From: Candidatus Krumholzibacteriia bacterium
GTDB taxonomy: Bacteria; Krumholzibacteriota; Krumholzibacteriia; JAJRXK01
DNA length: 64,000 nucleotides
Direction: 5' to 3'
NCBI GenBank assembly: GCA_041484665.1
Contig: JBGPIA010000010.1
Coordinates: 64,001 to 128,000 of the forward strand
Part shown: positions 31,765 to 42,719 of the stretch, piece after piece
Numbering within the stretch: position 1 is the stretch's first letter
How the letters are laid out: every line of letters starts with the position of its first letter
The notes under the pieces: generated by a model
Told to the model about the DNA's origin: nothing
Database searches by the model: none
Seen by the model: the letters and a program-made list of their open reading frames with translations, nothing else
Made by a program: the position numbers and the translations under genes

Positions 31765-32232
31765 TCACTCCTCTGCCTGCAGCCCGAACCGCACCCCCCG
31801 CAGCCCCTTGAGCACGGCGGCCACGCGCGCGTGCGAGAGGACGATGTCGGGCGAGCGTTGCAACGCGTCGTGGTACTGCAAACGGAAGCCGGTCGGGTCC
31901 GCGTCGGACCCGAGCAGCAGCCTGTCCGCCGTCTCGATGACCGTCTCCGCTTGACCGCTCACGGGCTCGTCGAGGACTTCGTCCAGCGAAGCAATGAGCG
32001 AGGAGAGAACCCGCAGCCACCCAAAGGACGGGTCGTGCATGAGCAGCCGGACCAGCTCGCCGGCACTTCCGACACGGCCGTGGCCGCGCTCGTAGTCGAG
32101 CTTGGCAAACTCGACCAGGGAACGATGGTGATGGAGCAGGGTGCTGCGCACCTCCTGAAGCGTCGTCTCGTCGGCCGGCGCGAAGCTCGGCGGCGGAGGA
32201 TCGTCGTTGGAATGTCCAGGCGGGCGTGGCAT
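31765..32232 (-). CDS. Hypothetical helical protein
   Basis: SD GGAGG; globular-looking core YERGHGRV...LLMHDPSFGWLR...YHDALQRSPD. Confidence 0.7.
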   Translation of the reverse strand: MPRPPGHSNDDPPPPSFAPADETTLQEVRSTLLHHHRSLVEFAKLDYERGHGRVGSAGELVRLLMHDPSFGWLRVLSSLIASLDEVLDEPVSGQAETVIETADRLLLGSDADPTGFRLQYHDALQRSPDIVLSHARVAAVLKGLRGVRFGLQAEE

Positions 32233-32472
32233 GTCTGCCTCCGAGTCGTGCCGCGACGCGGGACCGAGTATGGCCGGTCGCGGATACGAGGGCCAGCCCG
32301 GATCGTATCCACGATGAGGCAGCTGCGGGCCCGGTCGCCCGCCAAAGCGACCGCCCCGGTCCACACACCACGGCTCTGGCTGACGGCACGACACGCCGGT
32401 TAGAATGGCGACCTGGGGCGAACGACGCGCGTTCGCCGGCTTCGCGGCCCTCACCTCCCACGGAGGCAGCGC

Positions 32473-32922
32473 ATGGCGCACGAATGGCGGCGCGGCGAGT
32501 ACGTCATCACGACCGATCCGGCGGAAGTGGATCTCGACGTGGTCCACGGCTTCCTCGTGCAGTGCTACTGGGCGACGGGGATTCCACGCGAGGTGGTGGC
32601 GCGCTCCATCCAGCACTCGCTCAACTTCAGCCTGCGGCACGGCGACCGGCAAATCGGATTCGCCCGCGTGGTCACCGACCGCGCGAGCGTGGCCTACCTG
32701 GGCGACGTGTTCGTGCTTCTGCCCTACCGTGGGCGCGGGCTGTCGAAGTGGTTGATGCAGGTCGTGGTCGAGCACCCGGACCTGCAGGGCTTGCGCCGCT
32801 GGATCCTACTAACGCGCGACGCGCACGGCCTCTACGAACCGGTGGGGTTCAAGCCCCTCGCGCGCCCCGAGCGCTGGATGGAGAAGTGGGATCCGGACGT
32901 CTACCAGCGCGGGGGTGGCTGA
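32473..32922 (+). CDS. GNAT-family N-acetyltransferase
   Basis: QIGFARVVTD, DVFV..YRGRGLSKWL, TRDAHGLY; SD GGAGG. Confidence 0.92.
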   Translation: MAHEWRRGEYVITTDPAEVDLDVVHGFLVQCYWATGIPREVVARSIQHSLNFSLRHGDRQIGFARVVTDRASVAYLGDVFVLLPYRGRGLSKWLMQVVVEHPDLQGLRRWILLTRDAHGLYEPVGFKPLARPERWMEKWDPDVYQRGGG

Positions 32923-33086
32923 AGCCGGCGCCGTGGCGCGACCCGCGAGCCGGCGAAACGGCGCGGGACTGCCGGCAAGCGGACCGAACGGGGCCCAAGC
33001 GGCTGGCCGGCACGGCGGTCTCCCGCCCGACAGGCAGACGGGCCGAGTCCCCCTGACCTACAAGCAGGCGTGCCCGGTGTGCTGAG

Positions 33087-33761
33087 CTACAGGCAGGCGT
33101 GCCCCAGGTGCGCCGACAGGATCGCCACGTCCGTGAGATTGATCAAGCCATCCGGCCAGAAATCCGCGCAGAACGAGTACGCCCCGTTGAGCGCCAGCGA
33201 GAACGGTCCGACATCGGCGAGGTTGACCAGCAGATCGCCGTTGATGTCGGGACTGTTGAGGCTCAGCGGGATGGAGGACGAGATCGTCGCGCCCATGGCG
33301 ACGACCTTGAGGTCGAGTTGCCCGCCGGCCAGCTCGTTGTGGTCGCACCCACCGCCCGGCGGCGACGCATGGGAGAAGCTGGTGAAGCCGTCGGGGTCGG
33401 TGTCGGAGTCGGCGATAGCGGTGCTCTGGCAGAATGCGAGCGTCGTCGTCGTGCTGGTCAGCCAGACATCCTGCCGGGGGATGTCGGCGCAGGGGGCTCC
33501 ATCGTGGTCGAGCAGGTGGACGACGATCCCGCTGGGCACAGTCCAAGCCGCCAGGTTCCCATCCCCGCGCGGGCAGATCCACATGGTGCCCTCGTCACTG
33601 TAGGCAGTGGAACGGACGGGATCGATCGTGCCTGCGCGGGCAACGCCTGTCAGCGCAGCACCTGTCGCCACGACGCAGGCGATCACGGCGCAGGCGGTCA
33701 CGACGCAGGCGCGCGCCAGCGCTCGGGCCGACGGGCGACGCGACCGAGGGAAGACTCGCAC
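33087..33761 (-). CDS. Secreted protein with C-terminal dockerin/EF-hand-like repeats
   Basis: SD AGGAGG before GTG; signal peptide; SPDINGDLLVNLADV and ADFWPDGLINLTDV. Confidence 0.7.
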   Translation of the reverse strand: MRVFPRSRRPSARALARACVVTACAVIACVVATGAALTGVARAGTIDPVRSTAYSDEGTMWICPRGDGNLAAWTVPSGIVVHLLDHDGAPCADIPRQDVWLTSTTTTLAFCQSTAIADSDTDPDGFTSFSHASPPGGGCDHNELAGGQLDLKVVAMGATISSSIPLSLNSPDINGDLLVNLADVGPFSLALNGAYSFCADFWPDGLINLTDVAILSAHLGHACL

Positions 33762-33979
33762 GGTGAGGCCTCCTCGAGGGGAACAGGGCCGCTGGGGCCG
33801 GCCGCAGGAAGGCAGGCGCGGCGGCCAAGCAGCAGAATGATGTACCGGCCCAAACGGAACGATGCGGGAGGAGGGTTTCCGCACCGAGGGAGGGTTTCGC
33901 ACGCAGGAGAATAGCACGCCCTGGCGCCGCCGATCAAGACGCCGGTGGTTTGCGTGGTGGGTCAGTTGCCGTGACCCTC

Positions 33980-34013
33980 TGCGAATCTGATCATAAATAT
34001 GGTCAGATTCGCA
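33980..34013. promoter_or_regulatory. AT-rich inverted repeat in a divergent intergenic region
   Basis: TGCGAATCTGA-N12-TCAGATTCGCA, perfect 11-bp arms. Confidence 0.55.
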
Positions 34014-34256
34014 CAGGCTCGCCGCCAGCATCACCGTGTGCCCCCCTGCCAGCGATGAAAACCGGGCTCGAATTGACCCGCCTTCGTGGTTTTCAGGCGC
34101 GATGATTGCCGCCTGGACTCGCCTTGCTGCAGCCCGTCATGGGGTGCGACGTCGACTGGGTCCGCTCGGGGCCCGGAACACCAGCGTGCCCGCCGCGACC
34201 CGGCATTCGCCCGTCTGCAGTTGAATTCAGCCGTCGCGAATCCGTAAGCTGCAGCG

Positions 34257-35858
34257 ATGCCCTCCTCCCTCTTCGCCCGCCTCGCCCGGCGCTTCAGCCC
34301 GCGCGTCGACGCGCTCACCCGCCGCGAGTTCTTGCGCGCGAGCCTGGCTGCGTCGGCGGGCCTCTTGCTCAGCCGTACGCTGGGCTGCGCTTCCACGGGG
34401 GGCCCTGCCGTTGGCGACCGGTCTCCAGGCGCGGGCGCCGGCGGCCGCGGCGGGACGAGTACGGCCGCCGGGCCGGGCGGGGCGTCCGGCCAGCCCGCGG
34501 GCGAGCGCCACGGCAACCCTGGCCGCGTCATCGTGGTGGGAGCGGGCTTTGCCGGGCTCGCGAGCGCCTTCGAGTTGCGCGCGGCGGGCTACGACGTGAC
34601 GGTGCTCGAGGCGCGCCGCCGCGTGGGCGGGCGCGTCCTCACCTTCCAGGACCTCGTGGCGGGCAAGGTCGTCGAGGGCGGCGGCGAGCTGATCGGCTCC
34701 AACCACCCCACTTGGGTCGACTACGCGGACCGCTTCGGCCTGCGGCTGCTCGACATCGTGGAGGACGAGGACGCGAGCGAGCCGATCGTGCTCGACGGGC
34801 GCGCGCTCACCGCGGCCGAGGCGAGCGGCCTCTACGATGAGATGGACGGGGCGCTGGCGCGCATGAACGCGGACGCCGCCGCGGTCAATGCCGAGCTCCC
34901 CTGGACCTCGCCCGGTGCCGCGGAGCTCGACCGCCGCACCGTCGCGGAGTGGATCGACGCGCTACAAGCCTCCCCGCGCTGCAAGCGCGCGATCACGGTG
35001 CAGCTCACAGCGAACAATGGAATGGCCACCGACCAGCAGAGCTATCTGGGCATGCTGGCGACGGTCAAGGGCGGCGGTCTGGAGCGCTATTGGACCGAGA
35101 GCGAGGTCTATCATTGCGCGGGCGGCAACCAGCAGCTCGCCCGGCGTCTGGCCGAAGCCGTCGGGGTGCAGCGCATCCTGCTCGAGCAGGCCGTGACGTC
35201 CATCGAGCTCGACCCCGCAGGGCAGCGACCGGCGCGCCTGGAGTGTGCGGGCGGCAAGCGCCTGCAGTCCGACGATGTGGTGCTCGCCGTTCCGCCGAGC
35301 ACCTGGGCGAAGATCCACATCACCCCGCCGCTGCCCGACGCGCTGCGGCCCCAGATGGGCGTCAGCATCAAGTATCTGGCGGCCGTACGCTCGCGCTTCT
35401 GGCGTGCGCTGGGCCTCTCGCCCGAGGCGCTCAGCGACGGCGACGTGTGCATGACGTGGGAGCCGACCAACAACCAGCCCGGCGACGAGGGCGCCGCGCT
35501 GGTCGCCTTCAGCAGCGGTCCCGCCGCGCAGCGCATCCGCGCGCGGGCTGCGCAGGAGCGCCGCGACCGCTACGGAAACGACCTGGAGGCGCTCTACTCG
35601 GGCTTCCGCGCGCAGCTGATCGCCGATCGCTTCATGGACTGGCCGGCCGATCCGTGGACGCTTGCCGGCTACTCGTTCCCCGCGCCCGGGCAGGTCACCG
35701 CGCTGGGACCGTTGCTGGCGTCACCGCTGCTCGGGCACCTTCATGTCGCCGGAGAGCACGCGTGCCTGCGCTTCGCCGGGTACATGGAGGGGGCTCTCAG
35801 CTCGGGGGCGGCGGTCGCGCGGGCCCTCGCCCGGCGCGATGGCGTCGCGACCGGATAG
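34257..35858 (+). CDS. Flavin monoamine oxidase-family protein with Tat-like signal
   Basis: [26 protein letters not shown]...GYMEGA. Confidence 0.9.
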   Translation: MPSSLFARLARRFSPRVDALTRREFLRASLAASAGLLLSRTLGCASTGGPAVGDRSPGAGAGGRGGTSTAAGPGGASGQPAGERHGNPGRVIVVGAGFAGLASAFELRAAGYDVTVLEARRRVGGRVLTFQDLVAGKVVEGGGELIGSNHPTWVDYADRFGLRLLDIVEDEDASEPIVLDGRALTAAEASGLYDEMDGALARMNADAAAVNAELPWTSPGAAELDRRTVAEWIDALQASPRCKRAITVQLTANNGMATDQQSYLGMLATVKGGGLERYWTESEVYHCAGGNQQLARRLAEAVGVQRILLEQAVTSIELDPAGQRPARLECAGGKRLQSDDVVLAVPPSTWAKIHITPPLPDALRPQMGVSIKYLAAVRSRFWRALGLSPEALSDGDVCMTWEPTNNQPGDEGAALVAFSSGPAAQRIRARAAQERRDRYGNDLEALYSGFRAQLIADRFMDWPADPWTLAGYSFPAPGQVTALGPLLASPLLGHLHVAGEHACLRFAGYMEGALSSGAAVARALARRDGVATG

Positions 35859-35985
35859 CAGCTCGCCCGTATGGATCGGGAAGGTCGGTAGGACGCGCAT
35901 GGCGCGCCGCGAGCCACGCAGCGGCAGGCGGGCGCCGACGATCCCGCTTGAGACCCCAGCCAGCGCGATCTAGGCTGGGGCGCGG

Positions 35986-37659
35986 ATGAAACGAAACGCA
36001 GGCGCCCAGCCCTTTGACTCCACGGGAGACCGCTTCATCCCGGCTCTCCTGCTGGTCTTCGCGTTCCTCACCCGCGCTGCCTTCTGGAATCGCTTCGGGA
36101 GCGGCGACGCGGACTCGATGGTCGTTGCAGCCGGGATGGCGCGCAGCCTCTCCCCGGGCGTCTCCTTCGCAGATTCGCTGTTGTACGGCCGCCAGATCAG
36201 CCCCGGCATGTACCTGCTGTTTCGCGCCGTCGCGCCCTGGTTCGCCGGGCGGCCGGACCACGTGCTTCCCGTCCTGAACGCGTTCGGGCTGTTGGCGGGG
36301 ACCGCGCTGGCGTGGCCGCTCTACGCGTTTTACCGCCGCTGGTTCGCGCCGGCCGTCGCCGCGGGCTGCACGGTCCTCGTGCTCACGGCACCTTTGGTCT
36401 GGGAGGTGGGGACCTACTTCCACCCGGTGGTCCCGGCTATGCTGCTCCTGCTGCTGTGCCTGATGACCGCGGAGCGGATCGCGCGCACGCCGCGCGGCAT
36501 TGCCTGCGGGCTGTTGACGCTGGCGCTGGGAACGGCGGCCCTGCTCTTGCGCGCAGAGGTCGCCCTGGCGCTGCCCGCGCTGGTCTTCTGGGCCCTGCGC
36601 TCCACACGCGCTCGCCGCAACCTCCTGCTGCTCTGCGGCCTGACGGCGATCGCGGGCGCCGCGTTCTATACCATCGTCCACGCCCTCGCGGCGGGAGCGA
36701 CCGGCCGTCCCACCACCCTCGCGGACTACGTGCGCGACTTCGCGCAGTCCTATTTCAGGATGCGCCCTCTGCGGCGCACCCTGTTCTGGTCGATCCTGGC
36801 CATCGGAATGGGAAACCTGCTGCTCGCTGCGCTGGGGCTTGCGCGAGCGCGCCGCCGAGAGGCTGCCCCTCACGCCCCTGGCGCACGAGCCACCGGCGAT
36901 GCCGGCTCCGGCGCGTACAGCGTCTCTGGAGCGCCCACCGGGTCCGGCCGGACTCCCGACGCGCCCTCGCCTTCGGATCTCGGCCCGGCGCTGCTTTGGG
37001 CCTTTGTGCCTGTCGTTTTCTGGTTCCCCAATCCGGTCTTTCTCATGCGTCACTTCCTGCTGGTCGTACCCGCTGTCGCGTGGATCGTGGGTGAGACCCT
37101 GCTCGCGCATTCGCGGGTGCGATGGCTGGCGCTGTGGATCGCGGTCGCGGCGGTGGGAAATGTGACCGTTCCCGAAGTCGTGTACGGCGTCGCCCATCGT
37201 GTGCAGGCCGGGTCGGCGCGGTGGCCGCACGGGAGCTTCTTCTCCCATCATCGAGCGATGACCAGGAGCGCTGCGCGCTCCTGCCAGCTCGTCGCGCAGC
37301 TCGAACGGCTCGCGAGCGGGCGTACCGCTGCGGGGGATCGCACGGCCGCTCCGCTGCGGATGCTGGTACAGGCGAGCTGGGGGGCGTACGGCTACGTCCT
37401 ATACGGGATGGCGACGGCTGATGTACCTTGGGAATCGTGTCCAGATGGTCCTGTGGATCCCTTGCTGCCGCTGCAATGCTTCCGTCGCGGCAACTCGCAG
37501 CTTGGGCTCCTCTTGGCCAACGAGGAGTTCGATCGGCCGCTCCTGGGCGCCGCCTTTGAGCGGGCGCGGGCGGATCACCTGCTGCTGGTGATCTCGGAGG
37601 AGGCCGCTGCCGCGCTCGGATTGGGGCCCGCCGAGCGCGCCGAGTCGTTCATCTACTGA
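35986..37659 (+). CDS. Polytopic membrane protein, possibly a GT-C-type glycosyltransferase
   Basis: About 10 TM helices; acidic GDADS in the first loop; RHFLLVVP. Confidence 0.55.
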   Translation: MKRNAGAQPFDSTGDRFIPALLLVFAFLTRAAFWNRFGSGDADSMVVAAGMARSLSPGVSFADSLLYGRQISPGMYLLFRAVAPWFAGRPDHVLPVLNAFGLLAGTALAWPLYAFYRRWFAPAVAAGCTVLVLTAPLVWEVGTYFHPVVPAMLLLLLCLMTAERIARTPRGIACGLLTLALGTAALLLRAEVALALPALVFWALRSTRARRNLLLLCGLTAIAGAAFYTIVHALAAGATGRPTTLADYVRDFAQSYFRMRPLRRTLFWSILAIGMGNLLLAALGLARARRREAAPHAPGARATGDAGSGAYSVSGAPTGSGRTPDAPSPSDLGPALLWAFVPVVFWFPNPVFLMRHFLLVVPAVAWIVGETLLAHSRVRWLALWIAVAAVGNVTVPEVVYGVAHRVQAGSARWPHGSFFSHHRAMTRSAARSCQLVAQLERLASGRTAAGDRTAAPLRMLVQASWGAYGYVLYGMATADVPWESCPDGPVDPLLPLQCFRRGNSQLGLLLANEEFDRPLLGAAFERARADHLLLVISEEAAAALGLGPAERAESFIY

Positions 37660-37996
37660 GCGTCCTGTTGGATTCGCCCGCCCTTGCGGACCGGCCGGGC
37701 CGGACCGGCCGGGCCGTCGACAGAGAGAGCGCGCCTCCCAGAACTGTGATCTCGGGCTGGCGCTCCCTTCCCCGGTGACAATCTTTCCCTAGAGGGGTGC
37801 CCGGAGGGGCGCCCGCTGGTCCCGCACCGGGCTGCGCCGTCCCTCACGCTCCGTCGCCGGGGCACCCCGCGTGCCCGGCCGGTGGCCGGCGGGGGGCGGA
37901 TCCCCTGCGCGAGCACGGCCGACCCGGAGCTCGAGGCGCAACGATCCATCGACCGGGGCGGCGGTCCAGCACCGGCCTCCCAAGGACAGCGCGAGC

Positions 37997-40060
37997 ATGC
38001 TGCGCAAACCCAGCTGGAGCCGTTCGCCTTCCCCGCTGGCATCGCTTTGCTGCGCCGTCCTGGTCGCCGGCAGCGTCGGCTCCGCCTGGGCCCAGGAGAA
38101 CGCCGACTGCCTGGCCTGCCACGGCGACAAGGATCTCACCACCACCCGAAAAGGCAGCACGGTTTCGCTGTACGTCTCCGAGCAGCACTTCGGCCAGTCC
38201 GCCCATGGCAGCTTGACGTGCGTGTCCTGCCACGCCGATCTCGACGGCAAGGAGGTCCCCCACAACGTGCCGCTGGCCCGGGTGGAGTGCGGGACGTGCC
38301 ACGCGATCGAGGCCGCGCAGCACGCCAAGTCGCTCCACGGCAAGGCGATCGCCCGCGGCGACTCGCTCGCGCCGCGCTGCGTGGACTGTCACGGCAACCA
38401 CGACATCCTTCCGGTGGGGGATCCGGGCTCGGCCGTCGCGCCGCTGCGCGTGCCGTTCGTGTGCGGCAGGTGCCACCAGGAGGGCAGCCCGGTCACGCGC
38501 AGTCGCGCGATCCACCAGGACCACATCCTGGAGAACTACTCCGAGAGCATCCATGGTGAGGGACTGCTGAAGAAGGGGCTGATCGTGGCGGCCACCTGCG
38601 CCTCGTGCCACACGGCCCACTCGATCCTGCCCCACACCGATCCGGCCTCTTCCATCGCGCGGCAGAACATCGCCAAGACCTGCACGAAGTGCCACGCGCT
38701 GATCGAGCAGGTGCACCGCAAGGTCATCAAGGGTGAGCTCTGGGAGAAAGAGGCGCATGTCCTGCCCGCTTGCGTCGACTGCCATCCCCCGCACAAGGTC
38801 CGCAAGGTCTTCTACGACCAGGGCATGGCCGACGCCGACTGCATGCGCTGCCACCAGGATCCCGCCCTGAGGGCTTCCCAGGACGGGCGATCGTTGTTCG
38901 TGGCCATCGAGGAGGTCCAGCAGTCACGGCACGCAAAGGTGACTTGCTCGCAGTGCCACTCCGGCGTGAACGCCTCGCGTCTGCGGCCGTGCGAAACGAT
39001 CACGGCAAAGGTGGATTGTGCGTCCTGCCACGCCGACCAGGGACAGCTGTACCAGAAGAGCATCCATGGCGTGCTGCTGGGCCAGAACGACCCCAACGCC
39101 CCCAGCTGCAAGGAGTGCCACGGCCGCCACGGCATCCTGGGGCGGCTGAATCCGGCTTCCCCGACGTTTGCCACCAATATCCCGAACCTCTGCGCCCGCT
39201 GTCACCGCGAAGGGGAGAAGGCGGCGGTCCGCTATAAGGGGCCCGAGCACGAGATCATTGCGAGCTACACCGAGAGCATCCACGGCAAGGGCCTGCTCAA
39301 GAGCGGCCTGACCGTCACCGCCACCTGCACGAGTTGCCATACGGCCCACAGCGTGCTGCCGCGGACCGATCCGGCCTCCACTGTGAACCGCAAGAACGTG
39401 CCCGCTACCTGCGGCGGCTGTCACCATGGGATCGAAGAGGCGTTCGAGCAGAGCGTCCACGCCACGATGGTGGGCAAGACGGACAAGGACCTGCCGGTCT
39501 GCAACGACTGCCACACTTCCCACACCATCCAGCGGGCCGACGCCACCGGCTTCAAGCTCGAGATCATGAACAAGTGCGGCAAGTGCCATGGCGAGATCGC
39601 AAAGACCTACTTCGACACGTACCACGGCAAGGTGTCGCAGCTGGGCTATACGAAGACCGCCAAGTGCTTCGACTGCCACGGGGCCCACGACATCCAGAAG
39701 GTGACCGATCCCCGCTCCCATCTGAGCCGCGCGAACGTGGTCCAGACCTGCCAGAAGTGCCACTCGGGCGCCACGCGGCGCTTCGCCGGGTATCTGACCC
39801 ACGCGACCCACCACGATCCGAAGAAGTACCCGATCCTGTTCTGGGCCTTCTGGGGGATGACGACCCTGCTGGTGGGAACGTTCTTCGTGAGCGGAGTGCA
39901 CACGCTGCTGTGGATCCCGCGCGCGGTGCAGATGCGCCGTGAGTTGCGGGCCGCCGAGGCCGAGGCCGCCGCCGAGATCGCCGCTGCGCGCGCCGTCCCG
40001 GCGGCCGGGGCGCGCGGGACGCCCGCCGGGGAGAACGCGCCGAAGGAGGACGCGCCATGA
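37997..40060 (+). CDS. Membrane-anchored multiheme cytochrome c (19 CxxCH motifs)
   Basis: Signal peptide, 19 CxxCH motifs counted by hand, one C-terminal TM helix. Confidence 0.93.
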   Translation: MLRKPSWSRSPSPLASLCCAVLVAGSVGSAWAQENADCLACHGDKDLTTTRKGSTVSLYVSEQHFGQSAHGSLTCVSCHADLDGKEVPHNVPLARVECGTCHAIEAAQHAKSLHGKAIARGDSLAPRCVDCHGNHDILPVGDPGSAVAPLRVPFVCGRCHQEGSPVTRSRAIHQDHILENYSESIHGEGLLKKGLIVAATCASCHTAHSILPHTDPASSIARQNIAKTCTKCHALIEQVHRKVIKGELWEKEAHVLPACVDCHPPHKVRKVFYDQGMADADCMRCHQDPALRASQDGRSLFVAIEEVQQSRHAKVTCSQCHSGVNASRLRPCETITAKVDCASCHADQGQLYQKSIHGVLLGQNDPNAPSCKECHGRHGILGRLNPASPTFATNIPNLCARCHREGEKAAVRYKGPEHEIIASYTESIHGKGLLKSGLTVTATCTSCHTAHSVLPRTDPASTVNRKNVPATCGGCHHGIEEAFEQSVHATMVGKTDKDLPVCNDCHTSHTIQRADATGFKLEIMNKCGKCHGEIAKTYFDTYHGKVSQLGYTKTAKCFDCHGAHDIQKVTDPRSHLSRANVVQTCQKCHSGATRRFAGYLTHATHHDPKKYPILFWAFWGMTTLLVGTFFVSGVHTLLWIPRAVQMRRELRAAEAEAAAEIAAARAVPAAGARGTPAGENAPKEDAP

Positions 40061-40953
40061 CGGATGTTGGTCGGCCCGGTGCTGGCCCCGCTGGCGCGTC
40101 GGCCGTGCGCACGAGCACCCACACCCACGAGCTGCAGTTTTGCCGCTTTACCCCGCTCTACCGGACTCTCCACGTGCTGATGATCGTGAGCTTCATGTCG
40201 CTGGCCCTCACCGGGCTGACGCTGAAGTTCTCGTACACCGGTTGGGCGGGAGCGATCTCGCGCTTGCTGGGCGGGTTCCAGACGGCAGGTTACGTCCACC
40301 GCACGGCGGCAACGCTCATGGTGGGCATCTTCGTGACCCACCTCACCGATCTCGCGCGGCGCAAGAGCCGCAAGGGCGGCTCGTGGCGGGCGCTGATCCT
40401 CGGCCCCGACTCCATGCTCTTCAACAAGAAGGACCTGCACGACTTCGGGGCGACGATCCGGTGGTTCGTGGGCGCCGGGTCGCGGCCACGCTACGGACGA
40501 TGGACGTACTGGGAGAAGTTCGACTACTTCGCGGTCTTCTGGGGGATCTTCGTGATCGGCTCCACGGGCTTTGCGCTGTGGTTCCCCGTCTTCTTTACGC
40601 GGTTCCTGCCTGGATGGTCCATCAACGTGGCCACCATCATCCACAGCGACGAGGCGTTGCTCGCCACCGGGTTCATCTTCACGGTGCACTTCTTCAACAC
40701 CCACCTGCGGCCCGAGAAGTTCCCCATGGACACCGTGATCTTCACGGGGCGGATGAATCTGGAGGAGTTCAAGCGGGACAAGCCGGCGGAGTACGAGCAG
40801 CTCGTCGCCAGCGGCCAGCTCGAGCGCCACCTCGTGGATCCGTACCCACCGGTGGTCATCCGCGCCATCCGCGCGTTCGCCTGGACCGCCCTCTCCCTCG
40901 GGTTTGCCATGGTGGTCTGGATCATCTACGCGATGCTGTTCGTCTATCGGTGA
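40057..40953 (+). CDS. Cytochrome b (FdnI/HydC-like) membrane subunit
   Basis: ATGA overlap; RTLH, VHR, RWTYWEKFDY, IHSDEALLA, VHFFNTH. Confidence 0.88.
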   Translation: MTDVGRPGAGPAGASAVRTSTHTHELQFCRFTPLYRTLHVLMIVSFMSLALTGLTLKFSYTGWAGAISRLLGGFQTAGYVHRTAATLMVGIFVTHLTDLARRKSRKGGSWRALILGPDSMLFNKKDLHDFGATIRWFVGAGSRPRYGRWTYWEKFDYFAVFWGIFVIGSTGFALWFPVFFTRFLPGWSINVATIIHSDEALLATGFIFTVHFFNTHLRPEKFPMDTVIFTGRMNLEEFKRDKPAEYEQLVASGQLERHLVDPYPPVVIRAIRAFAWTALSLGFAMVVWIIYAMLFVYR

Positions 40954-41220
40954 AGCCCGTGCGCCGGGGGCCAACCCGCGGACCCCCGGCCAGCCGGCCG
41001 CCACGTTCCCGCTCAAGAACCCCGGCGTCACCGGCGGGCCGCGCTTGGTTGCCTGCTGCGGTTGCGCTAGTGTCGGTCCAGAGGCGCACGCACCCACGGC
41101 GCTCCCCAAACCGGTCGCCTGCGAACCGGGCGGCCACCGGCTGCTGCGCGTCGAGTCCCTGGCCGACGATGACGGCGCGGCATTCCGCTGACTTCCCAAT
41201 CCGGATCTTGGAGCTTTGAA

Positions 41221-42639
41221 ATGACCGCCCTCGAGAGCACCAAGCCATCGCACGCCAGCAGCCCGGCCGAGCCGACGGAGCCTGCCAGGCCCACCTGGCG
41301 CTTCCCGCGCGTGTTCTGGTACGCCAACGCCTCCGAGCTCTGCGAGCGCGCGGCATACTACGGCACCTTCATCGCGCTGCGCACATATCTGCTGCGCGTC
41401 GTCCAGCTCGGCGACGTGCAGGCTGGCTTCGTCGCCGGCCTGTTCGGGGCGCTGATCTACTTCTTCCCGTTCCTCACGGGGGCGGCCGCCGACCGGCTGG
41501 GCTTCCGGCGGTCCTTGCTGCTGGCCTTCGCGCTGCTCACCGTGGGCTACGGCTCGCTGGGGATCGTCCACACGCTCGGACCGGTGCTGGCCGGATTGCT
41601 CCTGGTAGTGCTCGGCGGCTCGTTCGTGAAGCCCATCATCACTGCCACGGCCGCGCGGTCGTCGACCCAGGACAATCGCGCGCGGGCCTTCAGTATCTTC
41701 TACATGATCGTGAACATCGGCTCCTTCACCGGCAAGACGATCGTCGCCCCGATCCGCATCCAGCTCGGCGTGGAGAACGTGCCGTTCTTCTCCGCAGGCG
41801 CGGCGTTCATCGCACTGCTGATCGTGGCGCTGCTGTATCGTCCGCAAGAGTCCACCATAGCGCGCCCGCGCAGTGTGCGCGAGACGCTGGCGGGCATGGC
41901 GACGGCGATGAGCAACCTACGCTTCCTCGCGCTGATCGTCATCACCGCGGGCTTCTGGGCCATCCAGGGACAGCTCTACGCCTCGATGCCCGATTACGTG
42001 ATCCGAATGGCGGGCGAAACCTACAAGCCCGAGTGGTACGCGAACGTGAACCCGCTGGTCGTCGTGCTCTGCGTGGTGGCCGTGACCCAGCTCGTGCGCA
42101 AGTGGCGCCCCGAGGCCGCCATCTCGGTCGCGATGGCGCTCATCCCCTTCTCGTCGCTGGCCATGGCGTCGTCGCACCTGTTCCACGGCAACCTGCACCT
42201 GCTCGGTCTGTCGGTGCACCCCATCACGGCCATGATGGTGGTGGGCATCGCCATCCAGGGCTTCGCGGAGTGCTTCCTGAGCCCCAAGTACCTCGAGTAC
42301 GCCAGCAAGCAGGCGCCCCCCGGGCGCGAGGGGCTCTACCTCGGCTATGCGCACATGAACACGTTCTTCGCGTGGCTGTTCGGGTTCATCTTCGCCGGCT
42401 ACCTGCTGCGCGCCTTCTGTCCCGATCCACGGACACTGCCGTCCGAAATCCAGCAACAGCACGCGCTAGCGCTGGCCGGCCAGGGGCCCATGCCCGCTGC
42501 CTACGCCCATGCCCACTATCTCTGGTATGCATTCTGCGGGGTCGGCGCTGTCTCGCTGGCGCTCATGGTGGTGTTCATGGCGGTGACGGGGCGGATCGAT
42601 GCGCGATCGGGCGGACAGCGCGCCGCAGTGCGCTGCTGA
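41221..42639 (+). CDS. MFS transporter (POT/peptide-transporter-like)
   Basis: ELCERAAYYG (ExxERxxYY), GAAADRLG, KP, FSIFYMIVNIG. Confidence 0.88.
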   Translation: MTALESTKPSHASSPAEPTEPARPTWRFPRVFWYANASELCERAAYYGTFIALRTYLLRVVQLGDVQAGFVAGLFGALIYFFPFLTGAAADRLGFRRSLLLAFALLTVGYGSLGIVHTLGPVLAGLLLVVLGGSFVKPIITATAARSSTQDNRARAFSIFYMIVNIGSFTGKTIVAPIRIQLGVENVPFFSAGAAFIALLIVALLYRPQESTIARPRSVRETLAGMATAMSNLRFLALIVITAGFWAIQGQLYASMPDYVIRMAGETYKPEWYANVNPLVVVLCVVAVTQLVRKWRPEAAISVAMALIPFSSLAMASSHLFHGNLHLLGLSVHPITAMMVVGIAIQGFAECFLSPKYLEYASKQAPPGREGLYLGYAHMNTFFAWLFGFIFAGYLLRAFCPDPRTLPSEIQQQHALALAGQGPMPAAYAHAHYLWYAFCGVGAVSLALMVVFMAVTGRIDARSGGQRAAVRC

Positions 42640-42719
42640 AGACCACGCCGCGCCTGGCTTTCGCTTGCGGCACCATGTCTTCTTGACGCCGCGCCCCGGC
42701 TGCGGTCACCATCGCCGCC

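Noticed and set aside
33915..33980. Possible c-di-GMP-I riboswitch (GNRA hairpin followed by ACGCAAA, minus strand)
   Set aside because: Lacks the 5' GGCAAA and the downstream tetraloop-receptor stem.
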